Source: Candidatus Eiseniibacteriota bacterium (GTDB taxonomy: Bacteria > Eisenbacteria > RBG-16-71-46). From it: 64,000 nucleotides of DNA. Below are positions 9,311 through 17,462 of the stretch, one piece after another. Under the pieces are notes generated by a model that saw only the letters and a list, made by a program, of their open reading frames with translations, was not told the origin of the DNA and did no database searches. Each line of letters opens with the position of its first letter. Position 1 is the first letter of the stretch. The translations under genes and the position numbers were made by a program. The stretch is taken from contig JANLOX010000259.1 of NCBI GenBank assembly GCA_031366795.1, positions 220 to 64,219 of the forward strand, in the 5' to 3' direction.

Positions 9311-9796
9311 ATGCGGCTCGCGGCCAGCAAGTTGCTCGATGTCGCGGATGCGGTCGCGACGGTCGCGGCATGGCGCGCTCAGGGCTCGCGCGTCGTGCTC
9401 GCCAATGGGGTGTTCGACCTGCTGCATGTCGGGCATGTGCGCTATCTCGAAGATGCGCGTGCCCAGGGTGATCGTTTGATCGTTGCCATCAACGGGGATG
9501 TCGAGACGGCGCGCATGAAGGGCGCCGGGCGTCCGGTGCTGCCCGCGACCGAGCGCGCGGCGCTCGTTGCAGCATTGCGTTGTGTCGACGCCGTGGTGGT
9601 GTTCGATGAGCCCACCGCCGATGCAATCCTCGAACGCCTCGCGCCGAACGTGCACGCCAAGGGCACCGACTACCGCGTGGATTCCGTGCCTGAGCGCGCG
9701 ACCGCCGAGCGCACCGGTGTGGCGACCGTCATCACTGGCGATCCGAAACAACATTCCAGCCGCGAGCTGGTGGAGCGCATTCGTGAACGATTGTAG
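9311..9796 (+). CDS. hldC: D-glycero-beta-D-manno-heptose 1-phosphate adenylyltransferase (HldE domain II-like)
   Basis: VVLANGVFDLLHVGHVRYLEDAR...LIVAINGD cytidylyltransferase-like (HxGH) fold. Sits immediately after the kinase gene. Confidence 0.8.
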   Translation: MRLAASKLLDVADAVATVAAWRAQGSRVVLANGVFDLLHVGHVRYLEDARAQGDRLIVAINGDVETARMKGAGRPVLPATERAALVAALRCVDAVVVFDEPTADAILERLAPNVHAKGTDYRVDSVPERATAERTGVATVITGDPKQHSSRELVERIRERL

Positions 9797-9814
9797 CGGC
9801 TACGGTCCCCGCGG

Positions 9815-10822
9815 ATGAGCGGCGCCGTGCTGGCGATCCGGTTGCGTGCGCTGGGCGACGTGGTCCTGACCACGCCGGCATTGCGCGCGCTGCATCGTGG
9901 CGATTCCGCGGCGCCCATCGATGTGGTGACCGACCAGTCCTATGTCGGATTGCTGGAGGGGTTGCCGGGCATCGATCGCGTCATCGGCCTGCGACGTGGC
10001 GCGGGCGGCATGCGCGCGGTGCTCGGCGCCATCCGCAAACGCTCGTATGCCCGCGCCGTCGACTTCTACGGCAACCCGCGCAGCGCCCTGATGACCAAGG
10101 TGAGCGGGGCGAAGGATTCTTTCGGCTACGATCTGCGCGGCCGCGGGCGCGCCTATCGTCATCGCATCGCGCGCGACGTCCCGATGGTCGAGGGCCGGCG
10201 CGAATACGCGGCGGCCTCGCATGTGCGGTTGGCGGTCGCAGCGGGCGGGCAGGACGACGGACTTGCCGCGCACGTGTCGCTCGCGCCCCAGGCCGTGGCG
10301 CAGGCGTCGGCGCTGCTGCATGCGGCGGGAATCCGCGAGCCGGGCGCAACGCTGGGTTTGATCGCCGCGGGAACGTGGGCCACCAAGACGTGGCCCGCCT
10401 CACATGCGGCGTGGCTCGCGCGCGGTTTGCTCAAGGCAGGGCGCGAAGTCCTGCTGCTCGCCGGGCCGCATGAGGACCACGTGACACACGCGCTCACATC
10501 GCTCGCGCCGGGCATCGCGGTGTTGCCACCGTGCGATGTGCCCTCGCTCGCCGCGGTGATCGCGCGGCTCGCGGGAGTGGTGGGCACCGACAGCGGGCCG
10601 CGCCATCTCGCGGCGGCACTCGGGCGGCCGACGTTCGCGTGGTTCGGCCCCACGCATCCCGATAACTGGACCGCCCCTGATCCTTCGCAAGGCGTGTGGT
10701 GGACCCAGGCGCCGTGCCGTGGTTGCAACCGCACCGCCTGCCCGCACTGGATCTGTCTTCCCGAGTTCCATCCCGACCGCGCCTTCGCGCTGGTGCAGGA
10801 GCATTTCGCGCGTCATGCCTGA
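9815..10822 (+). CDS. ADP-heptose:LPS heptosyltransferase (glycosyltransferase family 9)
   Basis: LAIRLRALGDVVLTTPALRAL...TDSGPRHLAAALGRPTFAWFGPT is the GT9 (WaaC/WaaF-type) pattern. Confidence 0.8.
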   Translation: MSGAVLAIRLRALGDVVLTTPALRALHRGDSAAPIDVVTDQSYVGLLEGLPGIDRVIGLRRGAGGMRAVLGAIRKRSYARAVDFYGNPRSALMTKVSGAKDSFGYDLRGRGRAYRHRIARDVPMVEGRREYAAASHVRLAVAAGGQDDGLAAHVSLAPQAVAQASALLHAAGIREPGATLGLIAAGTWATKTWPASHAAWLARGLLKAGREVLLLAGPHEDHVTHALTSLAPGIAVLPPCDVPSLAAVIARLAGVVGTDSGPRHLAAALGRPTFAWFGPTHPDNWTAPDPSQGVWWTQAPCRGCNRTACPHWICLPEFHPDRAFALVQEHFARHA

Positions 10823-11585
10823 ACGACTGCCGGTCTCCGTACTGCTTCTGGCGCGCGACGAAGCCGTAGCGCTGGCGGTGTTGTTGCCGGCGCTCGCGTT
10901 CGCCGCGGAGTGTGTGGTCGTGGTCGATGCAGCCACCACCGACGACAGCGCAGCCGCGGCCGGGCGCCTGGGTGCGCGCGTGTTCACACGCGCCCTCGAG
11001 GGCTTTGGCGCCCAGCGCAGCTTCGCGCTCGAACAGTGCCGCGAGCCGTGGGTGTTGTGGATCGACGCGGATGAACGGTTGGACAGGGCCGGTGTGGAGA
11101 CGATTTGCGCGGCGGTGACGCGTGGCGACGCGGACGGCTTCCGCATCAAACGTCGCACCTGGTTTCTCGGCCGCCCCATCCGCTTCTGCGGCTGGCGCAA
11201 TGAACGCGTGTTGCGGGTGTTCCGCCGCGATCGCGCGCGCTTCGATGCCAACCTCGTGCATGAGGAAGTGCATGTCGAGGGCCACATCGCGGACCTCGAG
11301 GCGACACTCGAACACCTGAGCTACGAGTCGTGGGACGAGGCGCGCCGCAAGCTGCTGCAATACTCCGCAGCCAATGCGCAACGGCTGGCCGCTGAACAAC
11401 GCACCGTCTCATTGCTGGATGTAATCGCGCGCCCACCGTTGCGCTTCGTGCGCATGTACTTGATGCAACTGGGATTCCTCGACGGCGCACGCGGGGTATT
11501 GCTGTGCGGGCTGGCGGCCACACAGGTGTTCCTCAAATACGCCGGGCGCTGGGCCGCGAGCCGCGGCATTGGGCCAGGCGCGTGA
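10815..11585 (+). CDS. Glycosyltransferase family 2
   Basis: VSVLLLARDEA...VVVVDAATTDDSAA...WVLWIDADERL (DxD) GT-A motifs. ATG 10815 overlaps the GT9 stop by 8 bp. Confidence 0.75.
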   Translation: MPERLPVSVLLLARDEAVALAVLLPALAFAAECVVVVDAATTDDSAAAAGRLGARVFTRALEGFGAQRSFALEQCREPWVLWIDADERLDRAGVETICAAVTRGDADGFRIKRRTWFLGRPIRFCGWRNERVLRVFRRDRARFDANLVHEEVHVEGHIADLEATLEHLSYESWDEARRKLLQYSAANAQRLAAEQRTVSLLDVIARPPLRFVRMYLMQLGFLDGARGVLLCGLAATQVFLKYAGRWAASRGIGPGA

Positions 11586-12652
11586 GGATTGGCTTCTTCG
11601 GCGCCTGGGACGCCGGCTACCCGCGCAATCGGATCCTGCGCGCGGGACTTGTCGCGGCGGGAGCCGAGGTGGTGGAGCTGCGGGTGCGCGAGCGGCGTGT
11701 CGTGTTTCGCTACCCGCGGCTGATGATGGCCTACGCGCGTGCTCCACGATTGGATGCCCTGTTCGTTCCGGCGTTCCGCCACAAGGACATGCCGCTGGCG
11801 CGTTGGCTCGCCGGGCGGCTGCCTGTGGTGTTCGATCCGCTGGTGTCGCGCTGGGACACGCTGGTGGAAGACTGGGCGATCCATGCGACGGACTCGCTGC
11901 AGGCGAAGTGGAATCGCACCATCGACCGGTGGTCCCTGCGGAGCGCGCAGGCGGTGCTGTGCGACACATGGGCGCATGGACGGTTGTTCACGGAGCTCGG
12001 CGCGCGGCCGGATTCGCTGGTTCGCATTCCGGTGGGAGCAGAGCAGCGCTTCTTCGAACTGCCGGACCCCCAGGACTCCGCGATCGTTGAAGTGTTATAC
12101 GTGGGCGGCTTCCTGCCGTTGCACGGTGTGCCGACGTTGATCGAGGCGTTATCGGAGTTGCAGCGTGACGATGCCACGTTGCCCGCCTACCGCGTGCGGT
12201 TCGTGGGCCGTGGTATCCAGGTCGACGTGGCGCGACAGCAGGCCGAGCGCAGGGCGCTGCGCCATGTGGTGTTCGAGGGCCCCCGTCCTTACGCGGATTT
12301 GCCCGTGGTGATGGGCAGTTCGCACATTGTTCTCGGCGCCTTCGGCGCAAGTGCCAAGGCGGGCCGCGTGGTGCCGCACAAAGTGTGGCAGGGGCTCGCC
12401 TCGGGGCGCGCCGTGCTCACCGGTGATGGCGACGGAGTGCGCGAGTGGTTCACCGATGGTGTGGAGCTGCTGAGCGTGCCGCGGGACGACGGGCAGGCGC
12501 TGGTCGCAGCACTGGCACGCCTGATCCGCGACGCCGGCCTGCGGCGCCAACTGGGCAAGGCGGGACGCGCGCGTGCGCTGCGGATCGGAACGCCCGCACA
12601 GCTGGGGCGCGAGTTGCTCGAGGTGTTCGAGCGGGTCGCGGGGGCAGCATGA
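11582..12652 (+). CDS. Glycosyltransferase family 1 (GT4-like)
   Basis: N-terminal VRIGFFGAWDAGYPRN and a C-terminal GT-B region (...VVFEGPRPYADLP...VWQGLASGRAVLTGD). GTG 11582 overlaps the upstream stop (GTGA). Confidence 0.7.
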   Translation: MRIGFFGAWDAGYPRNRILRAGLVAAGAEVVELRVRERRVVFRYPRLMMAYARAPRLDALFVPAFRHKDMPLARWLAGRLPVVFDPLVSRWDTLVEDWAIHATDSLQAKWNRTIDRWSLRSAQAVLCDTWAHGRLFTELGARPDSLVRIPVGAEQRFFELPDPQDSAIVEVLYVGGFLPLHGVPTLIEALSELQRDDATLPAYRVRFVGRGIQVDVARQQAERRALRHVVFEGPRPYADLPVVMGSSHIVLGAFGASAKAGRVVPHKVWQGLASGRAVLTGDGDGVREWFTDGVELLSVPRDDGQALVAALARLIRDAGLRRQLGKAGRARALRIGTPAQLGRELLEVFERVAGAA

Positions 12653-13767
12653 AGATCGCGCACGTCGATACCGGCCGCGAATGGCGAGGGGGACAGGCGC
12701 AGGTGGCGCTGTTGCTCGAGGGTCTTCGAGAGCGCGGGCACGAGGTCATGCTTGCGGCCCCCGACGCGCCGCTGTCGCAACGCGCGCGCGAACGTGGCAT
12801 CGAGTGGCTGGAGCTGAGGACCGGAGGCGACCTCGATCTCGGCGCCGGGGGGCGCCTCGCGCGGCGACTCGAAGCGTGGCGACCGGAACTGCTGCATGCG
12901 CACACGGCGCGCGCCCACACCGTGTCGCGCTCGGCGGGGCGCCGGCTCGGCGTGCCGGTGATCGTGTCGCGGCGTGTGATCACGCCGGTCGCGCGTAACC
13001 CCTTCAGCCGCCGCAAGTATCGCAGCGGCATCGCGCGCTACCTGTGCATCAGCCGCGCGGTGATGGATGTCCTGCGGGAGGGCGGCGTCGAGGCGAAGCG
13101 TTTGGCGCTGGTGCCGAGCGCCGTGGATTGCGAGCGTCTCGCGCAGGTGCGAGCCTCGGTGAACGCGGGGCAGGACCGCGTGTCGTTGCGGAATCTGATC
13201 GGGGCGGCCGAGCACGACACGGTGTTCGGCACTGCCGGGTCGGTCACGCGCGACAAAGGCGTCGATGAGTTTGCCGCCGCCGCGGCGATGGTGCTGGCGC
13301 GGTATCCCAATATGTGGGCCGTGTGGATCGGTGAGGGCCGCGACCGCGCGCGTCTCGAGCGGATCGCTTCAGGCCTCGGCATCGGCGCCCGCCTGCGCGT
13401 GCTGGGATTCCGCGCGGACGCGCATGCCTGCATCGCGCAACTCGACGTGTTTGTCTCGGCATCGCAGCACGAGGGCCTTGGCACCGCGATACTCGAGGCG
13501 CAGGCGCTGGGCGTGCCGGTGATTGCGACGGATTCACGCGGCGTGCGCGATTCCATCGAGGACGGCGTCAATGGCCGCCTGGTCAGCAATCCTCGCGCGC
13601 TGGGTGTGAGTCTGGGCGACGCTCTGGGCGATCGCGCCACACTCGATGGCTGGCGCGATAAGGCGCTGCGTTCGGTGAGGGAGTTCTCGCCACGGACCAT
13701 GCTCGTTCTCACGCTCGCTGAATACATGAAGGTGCGGGCCGAAGCCTCAACCGCTGCAGGGGATTGA
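12649..13767 (+). CDS. Glycosyltransferase family 1 (GT4-like)
   Basis: MKIAHVDTGREWRGGQAQV...; C-terminal ...SQHEGLGTAILEAQALGVPVIATDSRGVRDSIEDGVNG matches the EX7E GT4 motif. ATGA overlap with the upstream gene. Confidence 0.8.
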   Translation: MKIAHVDTGREWRGGQAQVALLLEGLRERGHEVMLAAPDAPLSQRARERGIEWLELRTGGDLDLGAGGRLARRLEAWRPELLHAHTARAHTVSRSAGRRLGVPVIVSRRVITPVARNPFSRRKYRSGIARYLCISRAVMDVLREGGVEAKRLALVPSAVDCERLAQVRASVNAGQDRVSLRNLIGAAEHDTVFGTAGSVTRDKGVDEFAAAAAMVLARYPNMWAVWIGEGRDRARLERIASGLGIGARLRVLGFRADAHACIAQLDVFVSASQHEGLGTAILEAQALGVPVIATDSRGVRDSIEDGVNGRLVSNPRALGVSLGDALGDRATLDGWRDKALRSVREFSPRTMLVLTLAEYMKVRAEASTAAGD

Positions 13768-13897
13768 CCGGAGCGGGACAACCGATTCCGGTCCGGGGAG
13801 TCGAATAGGGGTGATGCGGGTGATTTGGCTCCCATTGCTGGCTGGGTAATTGCGTTCAGGGCGGGGCCAGGGCGGCCCCTGTAGGGACGCGCGGATC

Positions 13898-13926
13898 TTG
13901 ACGCTTCACGAAGCGGGATTTACGCT
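13898..13926 (+). promoter_or_regulatory. Candidate promoter upstream of rseP (TTGACG -17- TACGCT)
   Basis: TTGACGCTT at 13898-13906 shares the TTGACGCT -35 variant seen at two other candidate promoters in this window. The -10 is weak. Confidence 0.2.
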
Positions 13927-13959
13927 GCGCCCAACTTATTAGCAAACAAGGAGTTGTCC

Positions 13960-15342
13960 GTGATCTGGAACAACTGGAACCAAGCGCTTCCCGGCGTGCT
14001 GCTGCTGGGGCTGGTCATTTTCGTGCACGAGCTCGGCCATTTCCTCATGGCGAAATGGCGCGGCGTACGTGTCCTGCGCTTCTCGATGGGCTTCGGCCCC
14101 AAGGTGGTCGGCTTCACGCACGGTGAAACCGAGTACCAGTTGTCGTGGATTCCGCTGGGCGGCTATGTCCAGATGGCGGGCGACGCGCCGGGCGAAGACG
14201 GCACGATGCCGGGCGGCCGCGAAGAATTCCTGTCCCACCCGTGGTTCGGACGCGTGCTGATCGCGGTCGCGGGCCCCGCTGCCAATCTGGTCACCGCGTT
14301 CGTGCTGCTCGCCGTCGTGGCGTTCATCGGGGTGAGCTATCCCGATTACCCGAATGTCGTCGGCGCCGCGCCGGACAGTAGCGTGGCGTACCAACTCGGA
14401 GTGCGCGGCGGCGATCATCTCGTGAGCGTCAACAGCAAACCGACCACCAGCTGGATCGCCGTGTTCGTGCGCAATTCGGCGACGTCGAAGCAGCAGGCGA
14501 TCGACGTGGGCGTGGAGCGCAACGGCGAGCACGTCACGCTCACCATCCCGTCGCGCATGCGCGAGCCGTTCTTCTCGAGCCTCAAGCGGCCCGCCGACGA
14601 ACCGCTGATCGGCGCCGTGGCGACGGGAATGCCGGCATACAAGGCCGGCCTCAAGGAAGGCGATCGCATTGTCGCCGTGGCGGGGCACCCCATCACGACG
14701 TGGGACGAGTTGCCGTTGGCCTTCCATGGCCAGGTCGATAAGCAGGTGCCGATCACGGTGCAGCGCGAGGGCCGTCAGTTCGAGGTCTCGGTCAAGCCAA
14801 TGGACCCCGAGGGCAAGGGTAAGGAGAACGGCCGGATCGGCATCGAGCCGCCGCGCCGTGGGACCTATATCGAGCGCCACGGTCTGCTGGAGTCGGTGGA
14901 TCTCGGCGCGCGCGCGACGGTGGGGCTGGTGAGTTCCGTCTACGCCGGCATGTGGCTCACGGTCAGCCGGCCGCTCTACTACCGCGAGTACGTCGGCGGA
15001 CCGCTGTTCATCGCCCAGGCGGCGCAGCAGCAGGCGAAGCGCGGGTGGGATGCCTACCTGCAGTTCATCGCCATGATCAACGTGGCCATCATGGCGTTCA
15101 ACCTGCTCCCGCTGCCGGTGCTCGATGGTGGTCACATCCTGCTCGCGGTGATTGAAGCGATCCGGCGCCAGGCGATTTCCGCGCGCTCGTACCTGCGCTT
15201 CCAGAAGGCGGGCCTGGCGTTGCTCGGCACCTTGTTGGTGTTGATCCTCGCGAACGATCCGCTGCGGCTGGTGCAGCGTCATCGCGCCATCGACCAGCAA
15301 TCCACGCCTGTTGAGCGGCCGGCTGCTCCGGTCAGCCCATAG
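13960..15342 (+). CDS. rseP: RIP metalloprotease RseP (site-2 protease, M50 family)
   Basis: HELGHFLMAK (HExxH in TM1), PDZ-containing middle and LDGGHIL C-terminal motif. GTG 13960 lies 6 nt after AAGGAG (13948-13953). Confidence 0.9.
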   Translation: MIWNNWNQALPGVLLLGLVIFVHELGHFLMAKWRGVRVLRFSMGFGPKVVGFTHGETEYQLSWIPLGGYVQMAGDAPGEDGTMPGGREEFLSHPWFGRVLIAVAGPAANLVTAFVLLAVVAFIGVSYPDYPNVVGAAPDSSVAYQLGVRGGDHLVSVNSKPTTSWIAVFVRNSATSKQQAIDVGVERNGEHVTLTIPSRMREPFFSSLKRPADEPLIGAVATGMPAYKAGLKEGDRIVAVAGHPITTWDELPLAFHGQVDKQVPITVQREGRQFEVSVKPMDPEGKGKENGRIGIEPPRRGTYIERHGLLESVDLGARATVGLVSSVYAGMWLTVSRPLYYREYVGGPLFIAQAAQQQAKRGWDAYLQFIAMINVAIMAFNLLPLPVLDGGHILLAVIEAIRRQAISARSYLRFQKAGLALLGTLLVLILANDPLRLVQRHRAIDQQSTPVERPAAPVSP

Positions 15343-15373
15343 CGGATCGCTTTCCCAACCCGGAGGACCCGCG

Positions 15374-17452
15374 GTGTCGGCACCATGGAAGGAGCCTGCC
15401 GCTGTTTCGCCAGCCCCACCTTGCAATCGTGGCGCCTCGCGCGCCCGGCGATGGCTTGCGGCGTGCCTCGCGATGGCCGTGACGGCGGTGATTGGAGTGG
15501 GGCTTGCGCCGGTACCTGCGCGGGCCCAGTTCGATTTCCCCGCCCAGCTCAAGACGATCGAGCGGGTGCGCTTTGAGGGCCGCCACCACGTTTCGAAGAA
15601 GGAGCTCTCCGCGGTGCTCAAGACGCGGAACCCTTCGATCTGGCCGTGGCACCATCCGGTGTTGATGCGGCTCGACTTCGTTCGGGCCGACACCTCGGCG
15701 CTCGAGCAGGTGTGCTGGCAGCGTGGCTATCTCGACGCCGTCGTGAACTCCCGCCTCGATCCGGGCACGCGGCCCGAAGGCGTGGTGGTCACGTACGTCA
15801 TCCACGAAGGCCCCCGCTACCACGTCGGCAGCGTGAAAGTATCGGGACTCGATTTGATTCCGGAGGCGCCGATCCGCCGGCATCTGTTTGCCCGCTCCGG
15901 GAAGCCGTACAACCCGTTCTACCTGTATGCCGACACCGCCAGTATCGCGGCCGCGTGCCGTGAGCACGGCTTCCTGCCCGGCGTCTCGGCGCTCGCCGAG
16001 CGGCGCGGCGCGCAAGGGCAGGCGGGCAGCGCGGAACACGACACGACGTTGTACGACATCGAATATTTCGTGGAGTTGGGACGCAAGTACAAGTTCGGTG
16101 AAGTGAACCTGTCGTCCCCGGGGCAGACCCACGTGAAGCCGCGGCTGGTGCTGCGCGAGATCGTGTTCAAGCCGGGCGAGACGTACAAGGCGTCCGAGGT
16201 GCAGGAGTCGATCGAGCAGATTTACGGCACCAGCCTGTTCAACCTGGTCCAGATGACGCCGCTGCCGGACTCGACGAACGGCGTTGTCGAGTTCGATCTC
16301 CACATCCGCGAACGCCGGCCGCGCTGGCTGGCCGCCGGCGTGGGCAGCGGCACGGCGGAGCGTTTCCGCTTCACGGGCGAGTGGGGCCATCGCAACCTCA
16401 ACGCCCGTGGCTTGCAGGCCGTGGTGTCCTCCAAGCTCGCGCTCGACGGCAATGCGCGCTTCCTGTTGGCGCGCGGCGAGGCGACGCTGTACGACCCGTG
16501 GCTGTTGCGCCAACGGCGCCGCGGCTCGGCGACGTTTTTCATCGAGGGCGTGCATGATCGCGCGAACCCGGACTTCTTCCTCAGGCAGGACAGCCGGGGC
16601 GTGAACTTCCAGATCCGCCGCGACTATCACCGATTCACCCGGCTGGTCGTCACGCAGGCAAACAGCTACGTGCACCAGCGCTTCGATCTGCTCGCTGCGG
16701 ACTCGGCTCGCACCGAGGCGCTGCGCGACTCCATTCCGCCGCATTACTCCACCCACCGGCTGCAGTTGGCGGTCGAGCGGGATGACCGCGACGACCTGAT
16801 CAACCCGTTCCGCGGCACCTACACGAATTTCACCGGGGACATCGCGGGCGGGCCCTTGCAGGGCAGCAGCAGTTTCACCCGCGTCTCCGCCACGACATCG
16901 TGGTACGTGACCGTGCACGGCAACTCCGTGCTGGCGTTCAGGGTGCGGGCCGGATCCATCGATCCGTTCGGCAAGGCGAATGTGTTCACGCCCGTCACGA
17001 TCGACTCGCGCGTGCAGCGTGTGCCGATCGAGGATCGCTTTCGCTTAGGGGGAGTGAACTCGATTCGCGGCTATACCGAGAATGCCTTGCCCGGCTCGGG
17101 CGGGCTCGCCATGCTGCTCGCCAATGTCGAATTGCGTGTGCCGCTGGTGGGGCCGTTCGGGGCGGAATTCTTCGGCGACGCCGGCAACGTCTGGGCGCGT
17201 CCTTCATTCATGAACGTGGGAAGCTTTAAGCTCCGGCTTTCGGATGACTACTATGACTTGAACGCGGTGCGCTACGTGGCGGGTATGGGGCTGCGCCTGA
17301 ACCTGCCGTTCGGTCCGCTGCGCTTCGATGTGAGTTGGTCGTCGCAGCCCGACCGTGGCTCGCGCGAGCCCGGAGTTCCGCCGGACTCGAAGCACCAGGA
17401 CCTGCGCGACCGCCGCATCCATCCACAGATTGCCATTGGCACCACCTTCTAG
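15374..17452 (+). CDS. bamA: Outer membrane protein assembly factor BamA (POTRA domains plus Omp85 barrel)
   Basis: Signal peptide RRWLAACLAMAVTAVIGVGLAPVPARAQ. POTRA-like repeats (IERVRFEGRHHVSKKEL...). C-terminal barrel with the SIRGY variant and a terminal ...QIAIGTTF beta-signal. GTG 15374 lies 6 nt after GGAGGA. Directly downstream of rseP, as in many diderms. Confidence 0.85.
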   Translation: MSAPWKEPAAVSPAPPCNRGASRARRWLAACLAMAVTAVIGVGLAPVPARAQFDFPAQLKTIERVRFEGRHHVSKKELSAVLKTRNPSIWPWHHPVLMRLDFVRADTSALEQVCWQRGYLDAVVNSRLDPGTRPEGVVVTYVIHEGPRYHVGSVKVSGLDLIPEAPIRRHLFARSGKPYNPFYLYADTASIAAACREHGFLPGVSALAERRGAQGQAGSAEHDTTLYDIEYFVELGRKYKFGEVNLSSPGQTHVKPRLVLREIVFKPGETYKASEVQESIEQIYGTSLFNLVQMTPLPDSTNGVVEFDLHIRERRPRWLAAGVGSGTAERFRFTGEWGHRNLNARGLQAVVSSKLALDGNARFLLARGEATLYDPWLLRQRRRGSATFFIEGVHDRANPDFFLRQDSRGVNFQIRRDYHRFTRLVVTQANSYVHQRFDLLAADSARTEALRDSIPPHYSTHRLQLAVERDDRDDLINPFRGTYTNFTGDIAGGPLQGSSSFTRVSATTSWYVTVHGNSVLAFRVRAGSIDPFGKANVFTPVTIDSRVQRVPIEDRFRLGGVNSIRGYTENALPGSGGLAMLLANVELRVPLVGPFGAEFFGDAGNVWARPSFMNVGSFKLRLSDDYYDLNAVRYVAGMGLRLNLPFGPLRFDVSWSSQPDRGSREPGVPPDSKHQDLRDRRIHPQIAIGTTF

Positions 17453-17462
17453 GCGCCCACCG

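Noticed and set aside
12445-12648. 68-codon N-terminal extension of the second GT4 gene, plus the analogous extensions of the GT2 gene (from 10719) and the first GT4 gene (from 11504)
   Set aside because: Arg/Gly-rich sequences overlapping the preceding genes. Canonical MKIAH / MPERLPVSVLLL / VRIGFF starts coincide with stop-start overlaps.
15311-15373. Longer N-terminal versions of bamA (from 15311), tamB (from 17355) and the Omp85 fusion (from 21552) as given by the longest-ORF track
   Set aside because: The extensions overlap upstream genes and precede obvious signal peptides. SD-supported internal starts (15374, 17463, 21633) give canonical N-termini.
13939-15693. 584-aa minus-strand ORF spanning rseP and the bamA start
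   Set aside because: Shadow ORF antisense to two well-supported genes. Arg-rich junk translation.
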